A DNA stretch of 63,752 nt, the filler included, from Dehalococcoidia bacterium (GTDB lineage: Bacteria; Chloroflexota; Dehalococcoidia; DSTF01; JACRBR01), in the NCBI GenBank assembly GCA_041494685.1. It is 4 parts of 4 records of this genome, joined end to end, with 100 filler letters (N's around TTAATTAATTAA, not from the genome) between each part and the next. Parts side by side here need not be neighbours in the genome. Positions count along the whole stretch, not along the records: positions 1 to 20,246 come from JBGQBE010000055.1; 3 more parts are not named here. One strand, 5' to 3'. The notes under the pieces are model-generated. The model did no database searches, was not told the origin of the DNA, and was given only the letters and a program-made list of their open reading frames with translations. Positions within the stretch are counted from its first letter, which is position 1, and every line of letters begins with the position of its first letter. Both the position numbers and the translations under genes were made by a program. Positions 1-9,604 of the stretch are shown one piece after another.

Positions 1-551
1 ACTTCGGCTTCCTGCTGCTGGACCAGGATCTCGTCCTCGACCGTCGCGGCGATCTCCATGCGCACGACATCGCCCCAGGCGATCTCCCGCTCGATCGGCT
101 CCAGCGTGGCGACACGGCGGCGCAGGATCTTCAGCGTCTCGTCGACTTTCGCCTCGTCGACGCTGACGGTCTCGACCGTGACGCGCAGGCTCTGGTAGTC
201 GCCCAGGCCGATCGTGGGGCGCACGGGGATCGTCGCCTTCACCACCAGCGGCTCCGTCGTCTCGACGACGAGTCGCGGGCGGGCGATCGGCGTGATGCTC
301 TCGTCGGCGTCGACCGCCTCGCGGTAGACCACGGGCACGAGCGCGTCCAGCGCCTCGTCGAGGATGCGCTCCTCGCCGAAGTAGCGGCGCACCATGGCGG
401 GCGGCGCTTTGCCGGGCCGGAAGCCCGGCACCTTGGCGCGGGGCGACAGTTTGCGCACGGCCTTCTCGCGCGCCGCATCGAGCCGCTCCGACTCGACCTC
501 GATCGTCATCAGGACTTGGGACTCGGGGATCTTCTCTGTCGAAACTTTCAA
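1..551 (-). CDS. tig: Trigger factor, N-terminal part (runs off window)
   Basis: Manual translation from TTG at 551: MKVSTEKIPESQVLMTIEV...KVPGFRPGKAP; GFRxGKAP ribosome-binding signature. Confidence 0.93.
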   Translation of the reverse strand, partial: MKVSTEKIPESQVLMTIEVESERLDAAREKAVRKLSPRAKVPGFRPGKAPPAMVRRYFGEERILDEALDALVPVVYREAVDADESITPIARPRLVVETTEPLVVKATIPVRPTIGLGDYQSLRVTVETVSVDEAKVDETLKILRRRVATLEPIEREIAWGDVVRMEIAATVEDEILVQQQEAE

Positions 552-660
552 GCCAGCCGCCAACCTCGCCGACGGGGATGCGGCCGCTCCTGACAACAGT
601 CACGGCCGCCTTGGCGACCGTCTTCGGGTGGAGTGCCGGTGATACCGTCGTGCCGTTGGA

Positions 661-669
661 AGTATAGCA
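661..669 (-). promoter_or_regulatory. Extended -10 promoter (TGcTATACT) upstream of tig
   Basis: Minus strand TGCTATACT about 110 nt before the tig start. Confidence 0.5.
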
Positions 670-704
670 AGCCTGCCCGCTGGAACAGCGGCGGTCGCGG
701 CAGC

Positions 705-1682
705 CTAGCTTTCGCGCGAGGTGAGCACGTCGTTCAAGGCGTCCCCCAGGAGGTTGAAGGCGAACACGAGCGTGGCCACGATCGTGGCGGGGACGATCAA
801 GAGGATCGGGTGGTGCTCCAGCACCGACCGGGGCGCGCCATCGGTGATCAGGGCGCCAAAGCTGGGGTGCGGCGGCTGGATGCCGACGCCGAGGAACGTC
901 AGGCCGATCTCCGTAGTGGCGATGCCGCCGAGGGCGGCGGACGCGCCGACGATGATCAACGGCATCACGTTCGGCAGGATGTGCTGGCGCAGGATGCGCG
1001 CCGTCGTCGCCCCGCTGGCCTCGGCGGCGATGATGTAGTCCGACCGGCGCAGCGCCAACACCTGGGTGCGGATGAGGCGGGCGCCGCCGACCCAGCCGAA
1101 CAGCGACAGCACGCCGAAGATCAGGAAGTAGTCCGGGAACCCGGACGAGACCAGGCCGTCCCAGTGCAGGCCGTTCTCCAGGTGCCCCATCCAGCGGTCC
1201 CACTTCGGGCGCATGGTGGCGCTGATCAGGATCAGCATCGGTAATCCGGGCATCGACGCCAGCACCTCCCCCGTCCGGTTGATCGCCGCGTCGACCCAGC
1301 CGCCGCGGTATCCCGCGAGCATGCCGAGTACGACCGGCAGCAGCACGAAGCCGGTCGCCACGGTTGCGACGGTGACGATGGTCGTGGTGCGCGCGGCGTA
1401 GATGGTACGGCTCATCATGTCGCGCCCGATCCGGTCGGTCCCGAACGGGTGGTGCAGCGACGGAGCGGCGAACGAGTTATCGAGGTTCTGCTCCGAATAG
1501 CCCTGCGGCGCCAACAGCGGGGCGAACGCGCCGGCAACGTAGAAGATGGTGATGGCGACCAGGCAGATCACCGCCAGCTTCTTGCGCAGCAGGCGGCGCA
1601 ACGAGCGCCGCGTCAGGCTCTCGCCGCGCACCGTGCGCTCGGCGGCGACGGCCTGGCGGCCTCCCGCATCGAACATCGTCAT
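705..1682 (-). CDS. oppC: Peptide/nickel ABC transporter permease (OppC/DppC family)
   Basis: HPFGTDRIGRD and EAA-loop-like YIIAAEASGA motifs; true start MTMFDAGG at 1682 overlaps the oppB stop (ATGA). Confidence 0.9.
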   Translation of the reverse strand: MTMFDAGGRQAVAAERTVRGESLTRRSLRRLLRKKLAVICLVAITIFYVAGAFAPLLAPQGYSEQNLDNSFAAPSLHHPFGTDRIGRDMMSRTIYAARTTTIVTVATVATGFVLLPVVLGMLAGYRGGWVDAAINRTGEVLASMPGLPMLILISATMRPKWDRWMGHLENGLHWDGLVSSGFPDYFLIFGVLSLFGWVGGARLIRTQVLALRRSDYIIAAEASGATTARILRQHILPNVMPLIIVGASAALGGIATTEIGLTFLGVGIQPPHPSFGALITDGAPRSVLEHHPILLIVPATIVATLVFAFNLLGDALNDVLTSRES

Positions 1683-2632
1683 CGCACACCCCCGGCGCGG
1701 ATGCGCGGGTCGATGACGATCAGCGCGAGGTCGACGATGAGGTTCGCCAGCACAAACGCTGCCGCGGAGAGCAGCACGATCGCCTGGATGACGTTGTAGT
1801 CGCGCCCGGTCACGGACTCGTACACGAACCGGCCGATGCCAGGGATGCCCAGCAGCGTCTCGGTGAACAGCGCGCCTTCGAAGAGCCCCACGATCGAGAG
1901 GCCGATCACGGTCGTCATCACCGGCACCAGCGAGTTGCGGGCGACGTGGCGCGTAATGACGGTGAACTCGTCCAGCCCCTTGGCGCGCGCAGTGCGCACG
2001 AAATCCTCCTGCAGCGCCACCAGCGTCGTCGCGCGCGCCAGCCTCGCCACGCCGGCGACGCCCGGCAGCGAGAGCGCAACGGTGGGGAGGATCATCGACT
2101 TCGAGAACATGCCGTCGAAGCCGCCGGGCGGCAGCCAGTGCAGCCTGGCCGCGAAGACCAGCACCATCATCGGCACGGTCACCAGCACGGGGATCGACTG
2201 GAAGAAGAGGAACGTGCCGATCGCGAACGGGTCGAGCCAGGTGCCGCGCTTCACCGCGGCGAATACGCCGATCGGGATGCCGACGAGGAACGTCAGGACG
2301 AAGGCGTACAGCCCGAGACGGAAGGAAACCCACATCTTGGGGCCGATGATCTCCGGGATAGAGCGGTCGCGGAAGCGGAAGCTGGGGCCGAGGTCGCCGT
2401 GCAGCAGGATACGTTCCACGTAAATGCCGTACTGCTCGACGATCGGCTTGTCGAGCCCGTACTTGTGCTCGACGCGCGCGAAGGCCTCCGGGTCGCGGTA
2501 CTGGCCGGAATAGACGCTGATCGGGCTGCCTGGACCCCAGCGCGTCACGTAGAACGTCGCGAACGAGACGATCAGCAGCGTGATCGGCAGGAACAGCAGT
2601 CGGCGCAGGATGTAGCCGGCGAGGCCGTCCAT
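1679..2632 (-). CDS. oppB: Peptide ABC transporter permease (OppB/DppB family)
   Basis: YILRRLL N-terminus, GDLGPSF, DFVRTARAKGL EAA loop, RDYNVIQA. Confidence 0.92.
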   Translation of the reverse strand: MDGLAGYILRRLLFLPITLLIVSFATFYVTRWGPGSPISVYSGQYRDPEAFARVEHKYGLDKPIVEQYGIYVERILLHGDLGPSFRFRDRSIPEIIGPKMWVSFRLGLYAFVLTFLVGIPIGVFAAVKRGTWLDPFAIGTFLFFQSIPVLVTVPMMVLVFAARLHWLPPGGFDGMFSKSMILPTVALSLPGVAGVARLARATTLVALQEDFVRTARAKGLDEFTVITRHVARNSLVPVMTTVIGLSIVGLFEGALFTETLLGIPGIGRFVYESVTGRDYNVIQAIVLLSAAAFVLANLIVDLALIVIDPRIRAGGVR

Positions 2633-2646
2633 CTCGCGCGGCCGGG

Positions 2647-4296
2647 CTAGCGACTCACCGTGACGTCGCGGAAGCGCTCGATGATCAGCGGCGTGAACCG
2701 GAACCCCTGCACGTACGGCTTCACCAGCGCGTGCGTGGTGTCGAAGAACATCGGGATCCAGACGGCGTCCTTTAGCAGTGTCTTCTCAACGTCCTGATAG
2801 ATCGCCAGCCGCGTCTCGGTGTTCGGCTCCGTGCGGGCCTGCAGCAGCTTGGCGTCGATAGCCGGGTTGCTGTAGCGCGTGTTGTTCTGCTTGCTCTTGC
2901 TGTAGAAGAGGATGTCAAGCAGGTCTTCGGGGTCCGGGTAGTCCATGATCCAGCCGATGTGGAACATCTGGTAGCTGCCGTTATCGATGTCGCTGAAGAA
3001 CGTGCCCGCCTCGGCCTGCTGGATCTTCACCTCGACCCCCAGGTTGTCCTTCCACTGCTGCACGATCGCGTCGGTGGTCGGCCCGACGGTGGCGCCGGCG
3101 CCCGACTCGGCGAGCGTGATCTCCGGCATCTTGCCGGCGTACTTCGACTGGGCGAGCAGCTGCTTCGCCTCGTCGGGGTTGTAGGCGTACGTCTTGTCGT
3201 CCTGCGTGTAGCCGGGGACGCCGGGCATCAGCAGGCCGTTCGCCACCGGGATGGCGTTCTTCAGCACCACTTCGGCGATCTTCTTGCGGTCGACGGCCTC
3301 GGCAAACGCTTGCCGCACCTTCGGGTCGTCGAACGGCGGCGTGTTGGTGTTGAAGCCGATGTAGTCGAGCGACATGCGCGGCGTCTGGACGTAGTCCTTA
3401 TTCAGCGCATCGCTCGGATCTTGTACGCGGTCCAGGTCATCGAGGCCGACGCCGGTGAGGTCGATCTTCCCGTCCTCGTAGTCCACGAGCGAAGAGCCGC
3501 CGGCGAGGTCGTAACGGATCGTCTTGAGCTTGGGCGCGCCCAGGTGGTGATTGTCGTACGCCACGAGTGTGATGTGGTCGCCGAGCTTCCACTCCTGCAG
3601 CTTGTAGGGGCCGGTGCCGTTCGGCTTCTGCGTCCAGCGGCTCGGGTTCGCCTGGATCTGGCGCTTGTCGACGAGGAATGACGTCGGGTACGTCAGCTTG
3701 TAGAGGAAGTAGGGCTTCGGCGCGTCAAGCGTGACGGCGATCGTCGTGTCGTCCACGATCTTGAGGCCGCTGATCTCCTTGGCCTTGCCGTTGGCCACGT
3801 CACGCGCCCCGGCGATGTCGCCGAGAAAGTTCGACGCCGTGATGGAGCCCGTATCGGCGCTGAGTGCGCGCTCCCACGAGTACTTGACATCGTCGGGCGT
3901 AACCAGACGGCCGTCCTGGAAGGTGGCTTTCTTGTTGAGATGGAACGTGTACGTGAGGCCGTCGGGGCTGACGTCCCAGCTCTCGGCCACATCCGGCTGC
4001 AGCTTCAGGTCTCGGTCGAGCCGTACGAGGCCCGAGAAGATCTCGACGATGTAGAGCGCGGAGCCGGAGTCCTGGGCCACCGCAGGGTCCAGGAAGAGCG
4101 GGTCTTCGCCACGGAGCCGCAGCTCGCCTGACGCCGCCGGGCCGGCGGACGACGCCGTGCTGGAAGCAGCGGGCGTGCCGGAGGAGTCCTTCTTGTCGCT
4201 GCCGCCGCCACCGACGACCAGGATCAGCACGGCCGCGAGGCCGATGATCAGGACGGCCGCGACGCCTCCAACAACCAGCGTGAGCTTGTTGCTCAT
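2647..4296 (-). CDS. oppA: Peptide ABC transporter substrate-binding protein (family 5), N-terminal membrane anchor
   Basis: AESWDVSPDGLTYTFHL, GTGPYKL, PFDDPKVRQA, WIMDYPDP motifs. Confidence 0.92.
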   Translation of the reverse strand: MSNKLTLVVGGVAAVLIIGLAAVLILVVGGGGSDKKDSSGTPAASSTASSAGPAASGELRLRGEDPLFLDPAVAQDSGSALYIVEIFSGLVRLDRDLKLQPDVAESWDVSPDGLTYTFHLNKKATFQDGRLVTPDDVKYSWERALSADTGSITASNFLGDIAGARDVANGKAKEISGLKIVDDTTIAVTLDAPKPYFLYKLTYPTSFLVDKRQIQANPSRWTQKPNGTGPYKLQEWKLGDHITLVAYDNHHLGAPKLKTIRYDLAGGSSLVDYEDGKIDLTGVGLDDLDRVQDPSDALNKDYVQTPRMSLDYIGFNTNTPPFDDPKVRQAFAEAVDRKKIAEVVLKNAIPVANGLLMPGVPGYTQDDKTYAYNPDEAKQLLAQSKYAGKMPEITLAESGAGATVGPTTDAIVQQWKDNLGVEVKIQQAEAGTFFSDIDNGSYQMFHIGWIMDYPDPEDLLDILFYSKSKQNNTRYSNPAIDAKLLQARTEPNTETRLAIYQDVEKTLLKDAVWIPMFFDTTHALVKPYVQGFRFTPLIIERFRDVTVSR

Positions 4297-4615
4297 GTTT
4301 CAGTACCCTCGCTTCCCTGCCGCCGCCCACCAAGGCGTGACGATCATAGCAGGGCAAGATCGCTTCGTACAGAAAACGGATGATCGACTCAAACAGTTTC
4401 AGGGGCCGCAGACGTTTTCGTGAGAAGGCTGACAGGGACGACACGCGCGAGTCCGCGGCAGTCGCGGTGGCGTGCGCGCGGCGCGGATATCCAGTACGCG
4501 GTACTTCGCCGCGCAGGATCGCGCGCCGCGGACGCCACCGGCTCGCACGTGTTCTCTGATATGATTCCGGCACGTTGCGCCGGAGCCGGATCGCCCGCTT
4601 AGCGATGATCAGGGT

Positions 4616-7600
4616 ATGAGCGAAGAGACCCCACGGATGCACGAACCCGGCGCCCCGCCCGCGGCAGCCGGCATCGTGCCCCCTCCGGCTCAGGCGAAGA
4701 CAGCTCGCCGGGATCGTTCTGGTCAACTCACAGCCCTGGCGCTGCTCCTCATCCTGGCCCTGGCAGCGTACCTGCGCTTCACGCATATCAACTGGGACGC
4801 CACCAGCGGGCCCTGGGACCCGCAGCAGAGCTCCGCCAACAGCGGTCACCTGCACCCGGACGAGCGCTTCCTGACGCAGATCAGCACGAACACACGCGGC
4901 GCCAGCAGCATCGCCAACTACTTCGACACCGACACCTCCGGTCTCAGCCCCTACAACATCAAGAACGCGGACGGCAGCAGGCAATCGACCTTCGTCTACG
5001 GCACGCTGCCACTCTTCATGAACAAGTTCCTCGCGTTGCACGCTAACACGCCCTATGACGTGCTCGATACGGTCACGTTCGGCAACGCGGACGCGGTCAA
5101 TACGGTCATCGGCGCGCTGATGCTCGACAAGCTGGCGCTCCCCGACCACAACTACGCGGACTACGACGGTTACAACCTGAGCGGCCGCTGGCTCTCAGCG
5201 CTGTTCGACGTGGGCACGGTGCTGCTGATCTTCGCGTTCGGCGCGCAGCTCGCGAACCGGCGCGTCGGGCTGCTGGCGGCGTTCCTGTATGCGCTCTCGG
5301 CGTTCCCGATCCAGAACGCGCACTTCTTCGTCGTGGACCCGTACGTGACGTTCTTCGCCACCTTCACCGTGCTGTTCGCCGTGCGCTCGGCGAAGCGCGG
5401 CGGCTGGCGCAACTTCGCCGCCGCAGGGCTGGGCGCCGGCCTCGCCGCCGGCTGCAAGATCACGGCGATCTCGTTGTTCCCGGTCGTGCTGCTCGGCGTC
5501 GGGGTGTACGCGTGGGGCGGCATCAAACCGTACGTCGCGCCGATGTGGGCCGGTGACACGCCGGAGTACGCCGTTGCGCGCGACGGCCGCCGGCTCGACT
5601 CCTCGATCGCGACGCTGATCATCGGCTCGGCGATCGCGCTGCTCGCCGGCTTCCTGGCCTTCCGCGTGGCGATGCCGTACGCGTTCAAGACGCCAAGCCT
5701 CGGCGACTGGCTCTCGCTGCGGGCCGGCCACGTCGGGCCGCTGCCATTCCCCTACCCGGACATCATGAACCGCCACTGGCTAACGGATCAGACGGCACAG
5801 CGGCAGTTGCTCGGCGGCGACGCGGCGTTCCCGCCGAACGTGCAGTGGATCGGCCGCTCGCGCTGGCTGTGGCCCGCGCAGCAGATGATCTCGTGGGGCA
5901 TGGCGCCCGCGCTCGGCATCACGGCGTGGCTGGGCGTGCCGTTCGCGGCGTGGTACGCGCGGCGCAACCGTGACGGCGCGCTGCTGGTGCCGCTGGCCTG
6001 GGTGCTGGGCTACTTCGGCTTCATGGGCATGCAGTTCTCGCTCTACATGCGCTACTTCCTGCCGCTCTACCCCACGCTGACCGTCTTCGGCGCGTTCCTG
6101 CTCTACCAGGCGTGGCGCTGGGCGGCCTCGGAGCGGCCGCTGGCGGCGCTGGGCAGCGTGGCCGACCGCGTGCCGGCGCTGACGCTCGCGGCGCGCAACC
6201 TCGTGCGCGCCGGCGTCGTCGTGGTCGCGGTGTTCACGGCGATCTTCGGCATCGCTTTCTACCGCATCTACACGCATCCCGTGACCCGCGTCAGCGCGTC
6301 GAAGTGGGTGCTCGAGAACGTGCCCGAGGGCTCGACGATCGGCCACGAGGACTGGGACGACAGCGTGCCGTACGGCGTCGGTAACGTGCCGAACCGGCAG
6401 TACAGCGGCGTGCAGTTCAAGAACTTCGACCAGGACACGCCCGAGACGGCCAACCGCCTCATCGACTACATCGGACAGTCGGACTATATCGCGCTGGCCA
6501 GCGCGCGCGTGTCCGGCACGATCACGCGGGCGCCGGCGCTCTGGCCCGTGGCGTCGCGCTACTACGCCGCGCTCGAGGACGGCACACTCGGCTTCGAGAA
6601 GGTGGCGGAGTTCGCGCAGTATCCCAGCATCTTCGGCCACGATTTCAACGACACCGGCGCCGAGGAGTCGTACAGCGTCTACGACCACCCGACCGTGACG
6701 ATCTACAAGAAAACGAGCGCGTACTCGCCGGCGAAGGCGCGGCAGGTGCTGCATGCGGACGCTTTCCCGCAGTTCCCCAGCATCCTGCCCGGTGACGCCG
6801 GCCAGAACGGCCTGATGTTCAAGCCGGACGTGTTGAAGACGCAGCAGGCCGGCGGCACCTTCAGCGACCTGTACGACGCGACCGACTTCGTCAACGCGCA
6901 CCCGGTGTTCTTCTGGCTGCTGGTGATGGAACTCGCCGCGTTCTCGCTGCTGCCGCTGACGCTCGCGCTGTTCCGCGGGCTGCCGGACCGCGGCTTCCTG
7001 CTGACCAAGCCGCTGGGCATCCTGCTGCTGGCCTACCTGGCGTACGCCCCCGCGAGCCGCGGCACGCTGCAGTACACGCGCACCGAGATCGCCAGCATGC
7101 TCGGCGTGATGCTTGCGGTCGGCGTGCTCACGGCGGCGCTGTGGCGGCGCGACATCGTTGCGTTCGTGCGCGAACGCTGGCGCTTCTTGCTCTTCGCGGA
7201 AGCGGTCTTCCTGCTGATGTTCGCGCTCTCGTACTGGCTGCGGCTGCAGAACCCGGATCTCTTCCACCCGTCGCAGGGCGGCGAGAAGCCGATGGACTTC
7301 GCGTACCTGCAGGGCGTGGCCAAGAGCACCGACCTGTCGCAGGGGCCGATCGACCCGTGGAACGCGGGCGGCTACCTGAACTACTACTGGTTCGGTCAGT
7401 TCATCGGCGCCACCGTGATGAAGCTCACCGGCATCGTCCCGGAGGTCTCGTACAACCTCATCGTGCCGATGTTCTTCGCGATCACGGCGGCGGCGACGTT
7501 CTCCCTGGCGTACAACCTGACCGAGGCGACGCGCAGGCTAATGAAGCGCCGCCCCAGCGGCCTGCCGATCGGTCCGGCCGGCCCGATCGTCGCCGCGCTG

Positions 7601-9469
7601 GCGGCGATCTTTCTCGTGCTGCTGTCGGGCAACTTTGCCGCCGTGCAAGTGCTCGAGCAGGGCTTCTCGCGCGTCAGTCCGTGGCACAGCGGCGTGCCAG
7701 TGCTCGGCGGCATCGTGGCGATCGCCGGCGGCTTCAAGGCGGCGATCGTCGGCGACGCCGGCTTCCGCCGCATGGTGTACGACTACGACTGGTGGGCGCC
7801 GAGCCGGGCGCTGGGGATCATCCCTACCGCGAAGGACAACGTGACGCCGATCACGGAGTTCCCGTTCTGGACGTTCCTCTTTGCCGACCTGCATGCGCAC
7901 CTCATGGCGATCCCGTTCTCGATGACGGCCGCGGCGGTGGGACTGGGCGCGGTGCTGAACGTCTCGCGCCTGAACCCGGCCGGCGCGGCGCGCGAGCACG
8001 GTCGCGAGGTGCGCAGCTGGGCACTGGTGGTGCTGCTGGGGCTGATCGTCGGCGCGCTGCGCTGGATCAACTCGTGGGACTATCCGCCGTTCCTGCTGCT
8101 GGGGGCGGCCGCGCTGATCATCGCCGAGCGCGGAAAGGAAGGGCGTGTGACGCTGCGCGCGATCAGCACCGGCGTCATCAAGGCGGCGGTGATGGGCGTG
8201 GCGTCGTACGCGTTCTTCCAGCCGTTCGCGAAGAACTACAGCCAGGCATACACCGGCTTCCATCAGTCCGACCAAACCACCGCGCTCGGCGACTACTTCA
8301 AGCACTTCGGCATCATGTTGTTCATGATCGCGGGCTTCGTGCTCTTCTCCCTCAACCGCGCGATGACGCGCACCAGCACCGTGCGCGCGATCTTCTTCGG
8401 CCGTGGCCGCCGCCGGCGCCCGATCGAGACGACGCCGGTGCTGATCGCGCTGCTGGTTGCGGGCGGGCTGGCCATCTGGGCCGCCACCCTCCACCGCTGG
8501 GGCGTGACGGTATTTGCCGCCGTCGGCCTGGTCGCCGTGATCCTGGCGGCGATCCGCGAACTGCGCGCGCCGACGCCGGTCGCGCCGGTGTTGCTCTTCG
8601 TGTATGCGATGATCGCCCTGGGCCTGGGGCTGTGCGGCGGCGTCGAGGTGCTGACGCTCGACGGCGACATCGGCCGCATGAACACCGTGTTCAAGTTCTA
8701 CGAGCACGTGTGGATGCTGTGGGGCGTCGCGGCGTCGTTCTCCGCGTGGTACCTCTTCGCCGTGATGCGCCCGCACGACGCGTTCATGCGGCGCGCCGGT
8801 GAGCTGAACGCGGCGCTCGTGCGCGTGCCGCGCTACGCGTTCGCCATCATCGTCGCGGTGCTGCTGGTGGCGTCGCTCGTGTTCCCGTACTTCGGCACTC
8901 GCGCGCGGCTTCACAGCCGCTTCGACCCCGCCCAGCCGGCCAGCAACGATGGCCTCGCGTACCTGGACTCGAGCGTGGTCTACAACAACATCGACCCGAG
9001 CACGGGGCACGGCGGCGTGCACAACATGGCCGACACGCGCGATCTCATCAACTGGATCCGCAAGAACATCCCGGGTTCGCCGACGGTCATGGAAGCGGTG
9101 GGGCCGTCGTACCGCAGCCTGGGCAACCGCGTAGCGATCAACACCGGGCTGCCCGCTGTCACCGGGTACGGGTACCACCAGTCGCAGCAACGCGCCAAGT
9201 TCTCGGTCATGGTGGAGCAGCGCCAGCGCGACGTGGCGAGGTTCTACAGCACCACCGACGTCGGCGAAGCGCGCTTGCTGCTGCTGAAGTACGACGTGGA
9301 GTGGGTGATCGTCGGCGACGAGGAGCGGCTCAACTACCCGGCCGAGGGCCTCAAGAAGTTCACCGACGGCCTGGGCGGCGTCCTGGAGAAGGTGTACGAG
9401 AACCCGAGCAACCAGATCTGGCACGTAATCCCGCAGGATCAGCTCCAGGCATCCGCAACCGCGCATTGA
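4616..9469 (+). CDS. Large membrane protein: N-terminal GT-C/PMT-like glycosyltransferase domain fused to a DUF2298 / Chlor_Arch_YYY domain
   Basis: 1617 aa, many TM segments; HPDERF, GGEKPMDFAYL, DPWNAGGYLNYYWFG, ITEFPFWTFLFADLHAH, RMNTVFKFY motifs. Confidence 0.82.
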   Translation: MSEETPRMHEPGAPPAAAGIVPPPAQAKTARRDRSGQLTALALLLILALAAYLRFTHINWDATSGPWDPQQSSANSGHLHPDERFLTQISTNTRGASSIANYFDTDTSGLSPYNIKNADGSRQSTFVYGTLPLFMNKFLALHANTPYDVLDTVTFGNADAVNTVIGALMLDKLALPDHNYADYDGYNLSGRWLSALFDVGTVLLIFAFGAQLANRRVGLLAAFLYALSAFPIQNAHFFVVDPYVTFFATFTVLFAVRSAKRGGWRNFAAAGLGAGLAAGCKITAISLFPVVLLGVGVYAWGGIKPYVAPMWAGDTPEYAVARDGRRLDSSIATLIIGSAIALLAGFLAFRVAMPYAFKTPSLGDWLSLRAGHVGPLPFPYPDIMNRHWLTDQTAQRQLLGGDAAFPPNVQWIGRSRWLWPAQQMISWGMAPALGITAWLGVPFAAWYARRNRDGALLVPLAWVLGYFGFMGMQFSLYMRYFLPLYPTLTVFGAFLLYQAWRWAASERPLAALGSVADRVPALTLAARNLVRAGVVVVAVFTAIFGIAFYRIYTHPVTRVSASKWVLENVPEGSTIGHEDWDDSVPYGVGNVPNRQYSGVQFKNFDQDTPETANRLIDYIGQSDYIALASARVSGTITRAPALWPVASRYYAALEDGTLGFEKVAEFAQYPSIFGHDFNDTGAEESYSVYDHPTVTIYKKTSAYSPAKARQVLHADAFPQFPSILPGDAGQNGLMFKPDVLKTQQAGGTFSDLYDATDFVNAHPVFFWLLVMELAAFSLLPLTLALFRGLPDRGFLLTKPLGILLLAYLAYAPASRGTLQYTRTEIASMLGVMLAVGVLTAALWRRDIVAFVRERWRFLLFAEAVFLLMFALSYWLRLQNPDLFHPSQGGEKPMDFAYLQGVAKSTDLSQGPIDPWNAGGYLNYYWFGQFIGATVMKLTGIVPEVSYNLIVPMFFAITAAATFSLAYNLTEATRRLMKRRPSGLPIGPAGPIVAALAAIFLVLLSGNFAAVQVLEQGFSRVSPWHSGVPVLGGIVAIAGGFKAAIVGDAGFRRMVYDYDWWAPSRALGIIPTAKDNVTPITEFPFWTFLFADLHAHLMAIPFSMTAAAVGLGAVLNVSRLNPAGAAREHGREVRSWALVVLLGLIVGALRWINSWDYPPFLLLGAAALIIAERGKEGRVTLRAISTGVIKAAVMGVASYAFFQPFAKNYSQAYTGFHQSDQTTALGDYFKHFGIMLFMIAGFVLFSLNRAMTRTSTVRAIFFGRGRRRRPIETTPVLIALLVAGGLAIWAATLHRWGVTVFAAVGLVAVILAAIRELRAPTPVAPVLLFVYAMIALGLGLCGGVEVLTLDGDIGRMNTVFKFYEHVWMLWGVAASFSAWYLFAVMRPHDAFMRRAGELNAALVRVPRYAFAIIVAVLLVASLVFPYFGTRARLHSRFDPAQPASNDGLAYLDSSVVYNNIDPSTGHGGVHNMADTRDLINWIRKNIPGSPTVMEAVGPSYRSLGNRVAINTGLPAVTGYGYHQSQQRAKFSVMVEQRQRDVARFYSTTDVGEARLLLLKYDVEWVIVGDEERLNYPAEGLKKFTDGLGGVLEKVYENPSNQIWHVIPQDQLQASATAH

Positions 9470-9513
9470 TCGCGGGGCGGTTGTACGCTCCCCGCCCGAG
9501 CGACGCGTTCGTC

Positions 9514-9547
9514 TCTCCAGTCCCCAATCTCCAGCTTCCAGCTCCAG
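9514..9547. repeat. Short tandem heptamer repeats (TCTCCAG/TCCCCAA/CTTCCAG)
   Basis: tctccag tccccaa tctccag cttccag ctccag in the intergenic region before the ffh promoter. Confidence 0.6.
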
Positions 9548-9567
9548 CCCCCGAAGCCGCCCCTTCC

Positions 9568-9595
9568 TTGCCCGCCTTCCGCCCCCTGCTACAAT
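9568..9595 (+). promoter_or_regulatory. Sigma70-type promoter for the ffh operon
   Basis: TTGCCC (9568)-16 nt-TACAAT (9590) with a TGn extension. Confidence 0.55.
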
Positions 9596-9604
9596 ATGGG
9601 GCCT

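Noticed and set aside
705..2333. 542-aa ORF as an oppB-oppC fusion or frameshift
   Set aside because: The first 217 codons are an alternate frame over oppB; the real oppC starts at 1682 with an ATGA overlap
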